Assembly (NCBI RefSeq): GCF_963921235.1
Contig: NC_086097.1
Location: 238,578,001 to 238,642,000 of the forward strand
Direction: 5' to 3'
DNA length: 64,000 nucleotides
From: Mobula hypostoma
Lineage: Eukaryota
In this document: one piece after another, positions 50,998 to 63,501 of the stretch
How the letters are laid out: each line of letters opens with the position of its first letter
Position numbering within the stretch: position 1 is the first letter of the stretch
The notes under the pieces: generated by a model
The model's database searches: none
What the model saw: only the letters and a program-made list of their open reading frames with translations
Told to the model about the DNA's origin: nothing
Program-made: the position numbers and the translations under genes

Positions 50998-52862
50998 CAG
51001 CTAATCTCAGTGAACACTGCCATATCAAACATTCTATTCACATTTATATTTCCTTATGGTATAGACTGTGGTTAGTGGCTTATCTAGTCCATGCCAACTC
51101 TTAGAGCAATGTCTTCATTTTCCTGCAAACTATCTCTCTTATTAACTGCCCATGATTCTCCCACTGCTGTAATGAAGTTTTATTACACCCAATTAACTGA
51201 ACATCCAGCGTGTTTATTTATTTAAAGAAAGTTCGACACTAAATATATAAGTATATCAATCTGGTTCCCCTCTTCCTCCCAAGGGAATTAAAATTCTGCG
51301 AATGCATTGGAAACATGAAATTCCTCTCTGGTAAAACTTGAATCATATAAGGCGCTGAACTCTTTCAATGCAAGTTTAGCTGCCCTTCCACCCTTGAGTT
51401 TACATCAATTATTTTTAAAATCACATTTTTAGCCAGGGTCATGACTCAAATTCTGTTTTGCACATTTGATTGAAGACAGTAAATGAAAATAATTCAAGTT
51501 AATAATTGCAGTTGTTGACATGAGTGGATAAATAACTCATTCAGATAGTATTACTCTAGTTTTATATCTTAAATCAAGGTGATGACCCACTGGAATTCAG
51601 ATCTTCTGTCATAGTAGAAAGCGAAATGCTATAACAATTGTTTGAAGTAGGTCTATTACTGGCAATTTCTGGATTGTGTTTCATTCTGTTAAAAAAAGAG
51701 CTAACGCCAAATTCATCATTAAAGCATCTACTTCTCCACCTAGTGGAGTGTTGCAAATCGCTCAACAACTTGACTTCGCCTCATTTCAGAAATTGCTAAG
51801 GACGTTTTACTCAAACACAAATGGAATATTTGTTCCAATGTTTCCATTAGTACTAGCATGCTTCTGCAAAAGATCCAAAGCAAACAAAAAAACTTTTCAA
51901 TCTAAAGGAAACTGTCACCAAAAGGGCTTTGATTTTCATCAAAATTTATAAAATGTATTGAAAATGAGATAGGTGCTACATTCAGATTGGAAGCTTTGCA
52001 TTAAAAAAATGATGCACATTTAAAATTTAGAAACAATGATAAATACATGCATTTTTTTTCAACTAGCAAAATCAAATAATTGAAAAAAATGACTTGAACT
52101 GACTGTTCAGTCATGTCTCAATTCTCTGTAATAGTTTCCTGTGTGGAAAGTAGCCATGATGATTGTGCTATAGCAAGTCAGCAAATTAACATGGTGAATA
52201 AAGGGTTAAGCCTTGACTTATTTCCTCAGTTCACCAAACCTGTGACCACCACCAGCAAAGACAAGGGCAGGGGAAGCATAGTGATGTATTGGTTAGCGTT
52301 ATGCTTTTCAGTGCGAGTGACCCGGATTCAATTCCTGCCAATTTACTGTCTGTAAAGAGGTTCCTCCGGGTGCTCCAGTTTCATCCCACATTCCATAAAT
52401 GTTCATTTTATCTGAGACTGGCTCCAGAGACTGAAGCAAATTGTTTTAGAATTCAGAACTTCTTTTGAGTTTTTGTGTACTTCTAGCACAGAAGTGTTTA
52501 GCGTAACACTATCACAGCACCAGTAATTGGGCAGCGCACAGAAAGTGCAGAGCAACTCAGCAGGCCAGGCAGCATCTAGGAAAAGAGTACACAGTCGACA
52601 GCTCAGCCCGAAACATCAACTGCACTCTTTTCCATAGATGTCGCCTGGTCTGCATTTTGTGTGTGTTGCTTGGATTTCCAGCATCTGCAGATTTCCTCGT
52701 GTTTACCGGTAATCAGGGTTCAATTCCCACCGCTGTCTGAAAGGAGATCTTATGTTTTCTTTGTGAATGCATGGGTTTCCCCTGGGTGTTCCAGATTCCT
52801 CCCACATTCCATAAATGTTCAATCACAAACAAGAGAAAATCTGCAGATGCTGGAAGTCCAAG

Positions 52863-53030
52863 CATCAGCTTTGTGTGTGTTTAGATTATGAAGACGCGCA
52901 GTCCTCTTTTATTGTCATTTAGTAATGCATGCATTAAGAAATATTGTATCATTTCTTAATGCATGCATTACTAAATGACAATAAAAGAGGACTGCGTGTC
53001 TTCATAATCTAAACACACACAAAACTGATG
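52863..53030. repeat. Near-perfect inverted repeat, 80-bp arms, 8-nt loop
   Basis: 52863-52942 vs 52951-53030, 2 mismatches by eye. Confidence 0.95.
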
Positions 53031-53573
53031 AAGGGTGTCGGCCCAAAACGTCGACTGTTTACTCTTTTCCCTTAGATGCTGCCTGACCTGCTGAGTTCCT
53101 TTAGCACTTTGTGTGTGTTGCTTCTAGCAGAGACTGGCTCCAAGGACTGAAACAAATCATTTCGGAGTTCAGGACTTTTTTCGAGTTTTATGGGTGCACA
53201 GGTTAGGGTCAGTAAGTTATGAGCATGCTATTTTGGTGCTGGAGACATGACGAACATTGCAGACCTGCTCCAGCACATCCTCAGTCTATATTGTTCACTG
53301 ACACAAACAAAGCATTTCATTGTATCAATGTTTCAATGTAAGTGTGACAAATTAAGCTAATAATATAATATTAATATATAATATTAAGAATATAGAAATC
53401 TACAGCACATTACAGGTCCTTTGGCCCACAATGTTGTGCTGACCATGTAACCTACTCTAGAAACCGCCAAATCTTTAAACATTGGAGAATCATCTCCTGC
53501 AGGTTCTCCTCCAAGTCCCTCATTAACTGTAAGGAAACATACCACAAATCTTTTCTTATTGTTGGGTCTAAAT

Positions 53574-54359
53574 CCAACAGAGAGGCTGCAGAAAGACTCA
53601 GATAGTTTGAGGAAACAGAGAGCCTGCTGAGAGAGTTAGAGAGTTAGATAGTTTAGGGGAATGGGCAAAGAGGTGGCAAATGAAATACAATATTAGAAAG
53701 TGCATGGTCATGCACTTTGGTGGACGAAATAAATGGACAGACTATTATTTAGATGGGGAGAGAATTCAAAATGCAGAGCTGCAAAGGGGCTTGGCAGTCC
53801 TTGTGCAAGATACCTTAAAGGTTAACCTCCAGGTTGAGTTAGCTGTGAAGAAGGTGAATGCAATGTTGGCATTCATTTCCAGAGATATAGAATATAAGAT
53901 CAGGGATGTGATGTTGAGGCTCTGTAAGGCACTTGTGAGATCACACTTGGAGCATTAGGTGCAGTTTTGGGCTCCTTATTTTAGAAAGGATATACTGACA
54001 TTAGAGAGGGTTCAGAGAAGATTCACAAGAATGATTCCAGGAATGAGAGGGTTACCATATGAGGAATGTTTGGTAGCTCCTGGGCTGTATTCCCTAGAGT
54101 TCAGGAGAATGAGGGGGGATCTCATAGAAACATTCTGAATGTTAAAAGGCCTGAACAGATTAGATATGGCAAAATTATTTCCCATGGTAGGGGATTCTAG
54201 GACAAGTGGGCACGACTTTGGGGTTACAGGATGTCCTTTTAGAACTGAGATGCAGAGAAATTACTTTAGTCAGGGGATTGAATCAGCCCATGATCAAATG
54301 GTGGTGCAGACTTGACGAGCTCAATGGCCTACTTTTGCTTCTATATCTTATAGTCTTAT
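53574..54359 (+). mobile_element. CR1 3' fragment
   Basis: KCMVMHFG, LVRSHLE, VQRRFTRMIPG motifs; (tcttatgg)n tail. Confidence 0.88.
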
Positions 54360-54368
54360 GGTCTAAAT

Positions 54369-55932
54369 GCACCCGTGTGTTCTGAAGGAAGTAGCTGTGG
54401 AGACTGGGGAGGCATTAGCGATGATCTTTCAAATGTCGATAGATTCTGGCATGGTTCCAGAGGACTGGAAGATTGCAAATGTCACTCAGCTATTTAAGAA
54501 GGGGGCAAGAAGCAAAAAGGAAATTATAGACCTGTTAGCTTGACATCGGTGGTTGGGAAGTTGTTGGAGTCGATTGTCAAGGATGAGGTTACAGAGTACC
54601 TGGAGGCATATGACAAGATAGGCAGAACTCAGCATGGTTTCCTTAAAGTAAGATCCTGCCTGATGAACCTATTACAATTTTTTGAGGAAATTACCGTAGG
54701 CAAGACAAGGGAGATGCAGTGGATGTTGTATATTTGGATTTTCAGAAGGCCTTTGACAAGGTGCCACACGTGAGGCTACTTAACAAGATAAGAGCCCATG
54801 GAATTACGGGAAAGTTACATACGTAGATAGAGCGTTGGCTGATTGGCAGGAAACAGAGAGTGGGAATAAAGGGATCCTATTCTGGTTGGCTGCCGGCTTC
54901 CAGTGGTGTTCCACAGGGGTCCGTGTTGGGGCCGCTTCTTTTTACATTGTACATCAACGATTTGGATTATGGAATAGATAGCTTCGTGGCTAAGTTTGCT
55001 GACCATACGAAGATAGGTGTAGGGGCCAGTAGTGCCGAGGAAACGGAAAGTCTGCAGAGAGTCTTGGATAGATTGGAAGAATGGGCAAAGAATTGGCAAA
55101 TGAAGTACAATGTTGGAAAGTGTATGGTTATGCACTTTGGCAGAAGTAATAAACGGGCAGACTATTATTTAAATGGGGAAAGAATTCAAAGTTCTGAGAT
55201 GCAACGGGACTTGGGAGTCCTTGTACAGGATACCCTTAAGGTTAACCTCCAGGTTGAGTCGGTAGTGAAGAAGGCAAATGCAATGTTGGCATTCATTTCT
55301 AGAGGAATAGGGTATAGGAGCAGGGATGTGATGTTGAGGCTCTATAAGGCGCTGGTAAGACCTCACTTGGAGTACTGTGGGCAGTTTTGGTCTCCTTATT
55401 TAAGATAGGATGTGCTGACGTTGGAGAGGGTACAGAGAAGATTCACTAGAATGATTCCGGAAATGAGAGGGTTAACATATGAGGAACATTTGTCCGCTCT
55501 TGGACTGTATTCCTTGGAGTTTCGAAGAATGAGGGGAGACGTCATAGAAACATTTTGAATGTTGAAAGGCATGGACAGAGTGGATGTGGCAAAGTTGTTT
55601 CCCATGATGGTGGAGTCTAGTATGAGAGGGCATGACTTAAGGATTGAAGGGCACCCATTCAGAACAGAAATGCGAAGAAATTTTTTTAGCCAGAGGGTGG
55701 TGAATCTATGGAATTTGTTGCCACGGGCAGCAGTGGAGGCTAAGTCATTGGGTGTATTTAAGGCAGAGATTGATAGGTATCTGAGTAGCCAGGGCATCAA
55801 AGGTTATGGTGAGAAGGCAGGGGAGTGGGACTAAATGGGAGAATGGACCAGCTCATGATAAAATGGCGGAGAAGACCCGATGGGCCAAATAGCCGATTTC
55901 TGCTCCTTTGTCTTATGGTCTTATGGTCTTAA
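54369..55932 (+). mobile_element. 5'-truncated CR1 LINE (RT to tail)
   Basis: NYRPVSLTS, GVPQGSVLGP, KFADH, LVRPHLEYC, FFSQRVVNLWN motifs; (tcttatgg)n tail. Confidence 0.92.
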
Positions 55933-56424
55933 GGTCTAAATTCTGGAGCTCCTTACCCAACATCAACATGGGAGCACCTTCACCAGAACTGAAGCAGTTC
56001 AAGGAATCAGCTCACCACCACCTTTTATAGACCATATGAAGGTGAGCAATCACATTCTGACCTGACCAGTGAAGCCTAGATCCCAATGAATAAATTAGAA
56101 TAAAAATTGAATCCACGCCAGCAAACATCTCCACCTTCCTAATTATGTTGTTACTGGAGGCACTGCTTATCCTTCAGAAAGCATAACCTTATTTAACAGT
56201 TTCTCACAGTTCCATCTCAATTTGCCCGTAAGCGATCATGAACCATTGTGCCTGCTGATTCCAAAGGATTGACCACACTGACAGGAGGAGGATGGGTTGA
56301 TGTTTCCCTCTCGGACTTCCATTTGCTACAAACAACAGCATGGCTTTGCTAAATAACTCAATATTGAACTTGAAAGTGTCTTCAAGTGCAGAGGTTTCTA
56401 CAGTCTGAGATGTGTGGAACAATA

Positions 56425-57190
56425 GGGGCATAGTTGAGAATAGGTTGAGTGAGCTAGGACTATTTTCTTTGGAGCGAAGAAGGATGAATTGACAAAGGTG
56501 CAGAAGACATAAGCGGCAAAGATAGAGTGGACAGCCAAAGATTTCTTTTCGCAGGGTCGAGGTAGCTAATATGTGGAGGCATTATTTTAAGGTGATTGGA
56601 AGAAAGTATAGGGGGGATATTAGCAGGAGGATTTTTTACACAGATTGGTGGCACATGGAACTCGTTGCCAAGGTGGCGATAGAGATATTAAGAGACATTT
56701 AAGAAACTCTTAGATAGACACATGAATGAAATAAAAATGGAGAATTATGTGAAAGGGTAGAGTTAGATTGATCTTAGAGGAGTTTAAATGGTCAGCCCAA
56801 TGTTGTGAGCTGAAGAGACTGCACTGTGCTGTAATATTTTATGTTCTATGAACCAGCATAACAGCATCACGAGTGGTAGACAGGGTAAATGCAAGCAGGT
56901 TTTTTTCCACTGAGGTTGCGTGAGACTAGAATGGAGGATGTCAGTTAAGTGTGAAAGGTGAAACATTAAGGGAAACATAAGGGCAACTTCCTTAACTCAA
57001 AGGGTGGTGAAAATATGGAACAAGCTCTCAGTGGAAATGGGATGTGGGTTCCATTTCAGCATTTAAGAGAAACTTCAATAAGTACATGAATGGGAGAGGT
57101 ACGGAGGGTTATGGTCTAGGGACAGGTCAATGAGACAAGGCAGAATAATAGTTTGACATGGACTAGATGGGCTGAAAGGCCTGTTTCTGT
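56425..57190 (+). mobile_element. Two adjacent CR1 3' fragments
   Basis: Similar to 31850-32245 and 28470-28810. Confidence 0.7.
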
Positions 57191-58050
57191 AAAAATATGC
57201 ATATGAACCTCACCTGCTCTTCCGCTTCTCCAAACAAAAACAACTTCTTCCTCTGTGCTGCCCTCAACCAGACAATGGCATATGTGGGCATACTTCTTTC
57301 TTTTTAATTCATTTTTCTCACTGTCAGTATTTTTTTTTAATCACACTCCTATATCTCTACTCTCAGCTCCCATTCTTCCCCATGTTTTCTCTCAGGCTGA
57401 TATTTGTTTTGTTAAAATACCAGAGCAGCTCTTTGTTAACTCCAAAATATGGTGCCCTTGGCCATGATGAGCCCGTTAACACTACCTCACAGTGACAGAG
57501 AGCTTTCAGTAAACACACTCCTTACATATGCACATTTACACACACGTGCGCAACTCACACACAGACACTGCCTTTTCATTCTGCTGAGCTGTGCTGAGTG
57601 TGTACACTTCAATATCTTCCCTGGTATATTCTACCAATGGGTTCAAAGGGTTGGATTTATGGTGCTTTTCCCACCATGCATGGCAGAATATTCTATTTCT
57701 TTTATTAAGGAGAAGTGTAAAGATATACATGTAGTTTGTATACCATACTTAAGGTAGACACTTCTGTTTATTTTGTAATATGATTGTAGACACATTGTGG
57801 GGTGCATCATATTCTAATTCATATGTAGTCTAAAGTTAGCTTTGTGGGCATTTAAAGCTGGTACGTTCCAGTGCCTTAAGCAAAATGGCGGATCGCTCTT
57901 GGTGGGAGAGAAAGATTGGACTACCAGTTTACACAGGATAAATAGTATGGAGCTATTTATTGTGTTTTCTGGTAGCTATCGTTTTGCAAATATTGACAGT
58001 TTTCTTTTCACTATTTCAGCTAATTTTTGTAAGCTTGATTTTTGACGCAT

Positions 58051-58336
58051 TGTGGCGACCCACTTTCTGGCACACACGAACCGGCTCACAACAGCACGCG
58101 CAGGCAGAGGGCCGGCCCCAAAAAGGGCGCCAGGCCATCTTCACCAGCAGGGGGAAAATCCCGCTGGCAGAAAGGGTCTGGGAATATGCATTCCCCACAG
58201 CAGTCCCGCCCCAGGGAGGGCGGGAACGGGAAGGCTTTAAAGCAGGCCGCGAAGTTTGAATAAATCTCTTTCATCGCAACTCTAACTCATTGACTCCATG
58301 TGGTTATTCTAGTGCTGTGTGTAGCACACCGCTACA
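58051..58336 (+). repeat. 5' LTR (286 bp)
   Basis: Direct repeat of 62133-62418 with 12 substitutions by eye; contains TTTAAA and AATAAA. Confidence 0.96.
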
Positions 58337-58338
58337 AT

Positions 58339-58349
58339 TGGTGACCCGA
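58339..58349 (+). promoter_or_regulatory. Primer-binding site, tRNA-Trp-like
   Basis: TGGTGACCCGA 2 nt after the LTR; the tRNA-Trp PBS is TGGTGACCCCGAC (one C missing here). Confidence 0.75.
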
Positions 58350-59080
58350 TGGCCCAAACGATATTTGGACCAGAGATGACCGACGCTGCATCTGTTCACG
58401 CAGTTTTGTTAAAACTGCCAAGCTTCTGGACGCTGCGACCCCAATTATGGTTTGAACAAACAGAAGCTCAATTCCACATTCGGCAGATAACCTCGGAGTC
58501 CACTCGCTACTACTACGTGCTGAGTTCCCTCGACCAGGAGACAGCTGCACAAGTTGAGGAGTTTATACAGTCGCCCCCGGAGGACGGCAAATACACAGCG
58601 TTCAAAGCCCTGCTCATAAGGACTTTCGGACTCTTACGGCGTGAACGAGCACGCTGCTTAATGCACCTGGATGGTTTGGGAGACAGGCCGCCATCAGCAT
58701 TAATGAATGAAATGCTGGCCCTGGCTGAAGGACACAAACCCTGCCTCATGTTTGAGCAGGCGTTCCTAGAGCAACTGCCCGAGGACATATGCCTGCTGCT
58801 GTCTGACGCAGATTTCAGCAACCCCCGGGAGGTGGCGGCCCAAGCAGATGTGCTGTGGAATGTCAGGAAAGAGAGAGGGGCATCCGTCGCACAGATCACC
58901 AAACCGCGTGCCCAACGACAGACCAGACCAGGCCCGGCAGCAGAGCCTACAAAACACGACGACGGGAGTGAGGAGCCCAACGAACAATGGTGCTTTTACC
59001 ACCAGCGGTGGGGCACAGAGGCCCGCCGCTGCAGACCACCCTGCAAATTCCCGGGAAACGCCAGGGCCAGCTGCCGCTGA
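58349..59080 (+). CDS. gag: Retrotransposon Gag, open ORF
   Basis: KLPSFW...WFEQTEAQF..RYYYV N-terminus; C-terminal CFYHQRWGTEARRCRPPC = CX2HX9CX3C. True start may be the ATG at 58376. Confidence 0.88.
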   Translation: MAQTIFGPEMTDAASVHAVLLKLPSFWTLRPQLWFEQTEAQFHIRQITSESTRYYYVLSSLDQETAAQVEEFIQSPPEDGKYTAFKALLIRTFGLLRRERARCLMHLDGLGDRPPSALMNEMLALAEGHKPCLMFEQAFLEQLPEDICLLLSDADFSNPREVAAQADVLWNVRKERGASVAQITKPRAQRQTRPGPAAEPTKHDDGSEEPNEQWCFYHQRWGTEARRCRPPCKFPGNARASCR

Positions 59081-59112
59081 TGGCTATGGCAGCTGGCCAT
59101 CAGGACAGCCTC
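59053..59112 (+). promoter_or_regulatory. Programmed -1 ribosomal frameshift signal (gag to pol)
   Basis: In-frame G GGA AAC at 59053-59059, 5-nt spacer, 11-bp stem 59065-59075/59088-59098; protease is in the -1 frame. Confidence 0.82.
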
Positions 59113-62100
59113 CTGTACATCTGGGACAAGCAGTCGGGACGCCGCTTTTTGGTCGACACCAGAGCGGAGATCAGCGTCTTACCTCCAACGATACCCGCAA
59201 CAGAGAACCGGGACCCACCCTGAGGGCCGCAAATGGCAGCACAATACGAACCTACGGCACCCGCACGGTGCGGCTACAGTTCAGCTCCAGCTGGTTCACG
59301 TGGGATTTCACACTGGCCGCCGTGGCCCAACCACTCCAGGGGGCGGATTTTCTACGAGCCCACAGCCTGCTATTCGACCTGCAAGGGAAGTGACTAGTCC
59401 AGGCCAAGACTTTTCAAACGTTCTCCCTGGATGAAGCACAGTTGCCAGCCCCACACCGGGACTCCATCACGCTGTCCGACGACGAATTCACCAGGGTCCT
59501 GGCGTTTTTCCCATCAGTACTGACACCGCAGTTCATGGCAGCCATGCCCAGACACGGAGTACAGCACCACATCCCGACCCAGGGACCACCCCTCCACACC
59601 GGTGCTCGAAGGCTTCCCCCGGACAAGCTCCGACTGGCGAAGGAGGAGTTCAAGAAGATGGAGGAATTGGGGATCATACGACGGTCCGACAGCCCATGGG
59701 CCTCCCCCCTTCACATGGTGCCCAAGGCAACGGGGGGCTGGAGACCATGCGGTGACTACCGCAGACTGAACGAGGCTACAACGCCAGACCGCTACCCTGT
59801 GCCGCACATTCAAGACTTCGCAGCAAACCTACACGGCGCAAGGATCTTTTCCAAGGTAGACCTCGTCCGGAGATTCCATCAAATCCCTGTACATCGGATG
59901 ACATCCCCAAAACAGCACTTATCACCCCGTTTGGACTTTTCGAATTCCTCCGAATGCCATTTGGTCTAAAGGATGCCACACAGACTTTCCAGCGGCTAAT
60001 GGACGCAGTGGGACGCGACCTGGACTTTGCATTCATTTATTTGGATGACATCCTCATAACAAGCAGTAGTTGGCAGGAGCATCTGTCCCAACTCCACCAG
60101 CTCTACTCCCGCCTGAGCGAATTCGGCCTTACAATCAACCTAGCCAAATGTCAGTTCGGACTCGACACCATCGACTTCCTGGGCCACAGGATTACTAAAG
60201 ACGGGGCAACCCCGCTGCCCGCCAAGGTAGACGCGGTCCGCAACTTCCCCCGACCCAACACAATCAAAGGCCTGCAGGAATTCGTGGGTATGGTGAATTT
60301 CTACCACCGTTTCCTCCCCTCAGCAGCCCGAACCATGCGACCCCTGTTCACTCTAATGTCCGGTAAGGACAAAGACATTACCTGGAACGAAGAGGCCGCA
60401 ACCGCTTTCGTTAAAACCAAAGAAGCCTTGGCAAATGCCACGATGCTAGTGCACCCCAGAGCGGACGTTCCTACTGCCCTCACGGTGGACGCATCCAACA
60501 CAGCAGTCGGTGGAGAGCTGGAACAACTCATCGAGGGTCGCTGGCAACCCCTGGTGTTCTTCAGCAAACACCTACGACCACCCGAACTCAAATACAGTGC
60601 TTTCGACCGGGAGCTATTGGCACTATACTTGGCAATCGGGCATTTCAGGTACTTCTTAGAAGGTAGGCCCTTCACCGCGTTCACAGACCACAAACCGCTT
60701 ACCTTTGCATTCACTAAGGTGTCCGTCCCCTGGTCGTCCCGCCAGCAGCGACATCTGTCCTACATCTCCGAGTACACGACGGACATCCGGCATGTCTCTG
60801 GAAAGAACAACGTTGTGGCGGATGCACTTTCCAGACCGACCATACAGGCCCTGTCCCAGTGGGTGGACTATGCAGCGCTGGCAGAGGCACAGCAGGCAGA
60901 CGCTGAGATCCCCAGTTACAGGACTGCAGTCTCCGGTTTGCAGCTCCAAGACCTCCCCGTAGGCCCAGGTGAGAGGACCCTACTATGTGACGTAGCTACC
61001 GGCCAACCCCGCCCCGTCGTCCCAGCAGCCTGGCGCCGGCGGGTTTTCGAGTCCATTCACAACGTAGCGCACCCCTCCATCAGGACAACTGTCCGGCTGG
61101 TCTCCAACAGGTTCGTGTGGCATGGACTTCGTAAACAGGTCAGTGAATGGGCCAAAACGTGCATGCAGTGCCAAACGGCCAAGGTGCAGCGGCACACCAA
61201 GGCTCCACCGCAGCGGTTCGAACCCACCCGCCGGAGGTTCGACCACATTCATGTGGATATCGTGGGGCCCCTGCCAGTGTCCTGAGGAGCGCGGTACCTC
61301 CTAACTATGATAGACCGGTTCACCAGATGGCCAGAGGCAGTCCCGCTCACTGACACCACCTCCGAATCCTGTGCCCGAGCACTGATCGCAACCTGGGTAG
61401 CACGCTTCAGGGTACTGGCCCACATTACCTCCGACAGCGGCGCCCAGTTCACTTCCAGCCTGTGGTCGGCTATGGCCAACCTTTTAGGATCGCAGCTACA
61501 CCACACAACTGCCTACCACCCATTGTCGAACGGACTAGTGGAGCGTTTCCACCGTCACCTGAAATCCGCTCTCATGGCCCACCTGGAGGGGCCTAACTGG
61601 ATGGACGAACTTCCCTGGGTCCTGCTCGGAATCCGCACGGCGCCCAAGGAGGATCTGCACACCTCGTCGGCCAAGTTGGTGTACGGCGCGCCCCTGGTTG
61701 TCCCAGGAGAGTTCATACCAGCCCCAAGGGGGGCAAGAGGAAGAACCCACACTAGTCCTGGACAGACTACGGGAGAGGCTCGGTAACCTGGCCCCCATCC
61801 CCACTTCACAGCACGGACAGAGCCCGACCTGCGTACCCAAAGACCTGCAGAACTGTAAGTTTCTTTTTGAATGACGGGGCGGACACCGGGCACCGCTACA
61901 GCGGCCCGACGAGGGGCCGTTTAAGGTGATCAGGAACAACGGGTCCACGTTCGTGCTGGACATTGGGGGGAGAGAGGAGGTTTTCACGGTGAGCCGACTC
62001 AAACCAGCCCATGTGGACTTGGCGCAACCGGTCCAGGCTCAGGCACCGCGGCGCAGGGGCAGACCTCCCAAACAGAGGCCGATCCAGACTGTGGACATTG
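59059..62100 (+). pseudogene. pol: Disrupted pol (protease, RT, RNase H, integrase)
   Basis: [95 protein letters not shown]. Several frameshifts and stops. Confidence 0.93.
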
Positions 62101-62132
62101 GGGGAGGTATCGCGGGTTCTGGGGTGAGGTTA

Positions 62133-62418
62133 TGTGGCGACCCACTTTCTGGCACACACGAACCAGCTGACAACAGCGCGCGCAGGCAGAGGGCCGGCCC
62201 CAAAAAGGGCGCCAGGCCATCTTCACCAGCAGGGGGAGAATCCCGCGCGCAGAAAGGGTCTGGGAATATGCATTCCCCACAGCAGTCCCGCCCCAGGGAG
62301 GGCGGGAATGGGAAGGCTTTAAAGCAGGCCGCGAAGTTTGAATAAATCTCTTTCATCGCAACTCTAACTCACCGACTCCGTGTGGTTATTCTAGCGCTGT
62401 GTGTAGCACACCACTACA
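62133..62418 (+). repeat. 3' LTR (286 bp)
   Basis: Direct repeat of 58051-58336. Confidence 0.96.
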
Positions 62419-62499
62419 GCATCTAATAAACACCCATGCACTGAAGTGCTAAGCTAGTCCAGTCATGTACGTAAGACTAATAATAATCCTGATTCTGAA

Positions 62500-62900
62500 G
62501 TGGTGCACAACCAAGAGGACCACAACCTTGCCGTGATTTGGAGGCTTGAGTGCCTCAGTGACCCGGAGAACCATGTTGGCTGGAGTCAGAGCTTTATTCT
62601 TTGGCTCTTGGTAGGGTCACCCATACCAACCAGATCAAAGGGTAAAGAACAGACTAAGAGTAGTCCACCACTCTACCATTCTTTAAGTTTCGAGAGTTCA
62701 TCTCTGAGTTAACAACCCTGTCCGGTAAAACAAATCTGTCACGGGAACAGCGATGAAGAACCCTTCTATGTTTGACTGCGATGGTATTCCTGTGTCTCCA
62801 TCCATGACTGACGGTAGTGGAAACAGAGCCATTGACATGATGAACAGCACCAGTGATAGAGGACCTTCATTGCTACCCTAAATAGCAGTGCCATAACTGA
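62500..62900 (+). mobile_element. Short non-autonomous RTE-like element
   Basis: Homologous to 24590-25012. Confidence 0.6.
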
Positions 62901-63501
62901 CAGTAGAGAGAGTGTTCATCCATGGAAATGGCTTCCATGCATCCGAGTCAATAACATATCACAATTCCATTCCATTTATTGTCTAAATCATAATTGATAC
63001 CCGAGTTACATTCAAACACACAATCACCAATTACTTAACTTAAGAAATTGAGCTCAAATTTTACTGAGCCCTTTTGCTTCAATAACTTTTGCTTTGCTTT
63101 AAGAAGAAATATTGAATTATAACGATAGAAATAGCTAAACCTTCTCAAAGTAAGGTTAAGGTCTTGAAATTAAAAGATATGTTAAAGGCAGTCTAATCTC
63201 CTTGCATTTAGGTATTCAAATACAATCCAAAATTATTATATGATAGGACATACTCAGTACTCAACAATAGATCTTGGCCTCACTATCCCACAATCTGAAA
63301 GCACTTACGTCCCAAAATGAATATTGTATTTTTTGCAATTACCATGTGTGCTTCTCTGAACACTTCAAACACTCGGTTGGAAGTGAAGCCAGATAAAGTA
63401 TAAACTGATTTTTTTCACACACCATGAATATATACAGCAATAATTATCAATTGGTTCATTTTCCTTAGATCTTCCTGCATAACCAAATTAAACATCTTAC
63501 A

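Larger units (their letters stand above)
50040..51030 (+). mobile_element. Second Penelope-like family, 3' fragment (GIY-YIG endonuclease plus terminal repeat)
   Basis: TLPYIKNISE..YGITVAHKP..SNVV.RI..GDCNKKYVGQTG.R...LREH..REFLE motifs. Confidence 0.88.
58051..62418 (+). mobile_element. Full-length Ty3/Gypsy LTR retrotransposon, CsRn1/Kabuki-like
   Basis: TG..CA LTRs, 4-bp TSD GCAT (58047-58050, 62419-62422), PBS, gag, PR-RT-RNase H-IN order, purine-rich tract at 62118-62132, no env. Confidence 0.96.

Noticed and set aside
61926..62345. Extra ORF or env at the 3' end of the LTR element
   Set aside because: It is the integrase C-terminus reading into the 3' LTR; no signal peptide or transmembrane segment.
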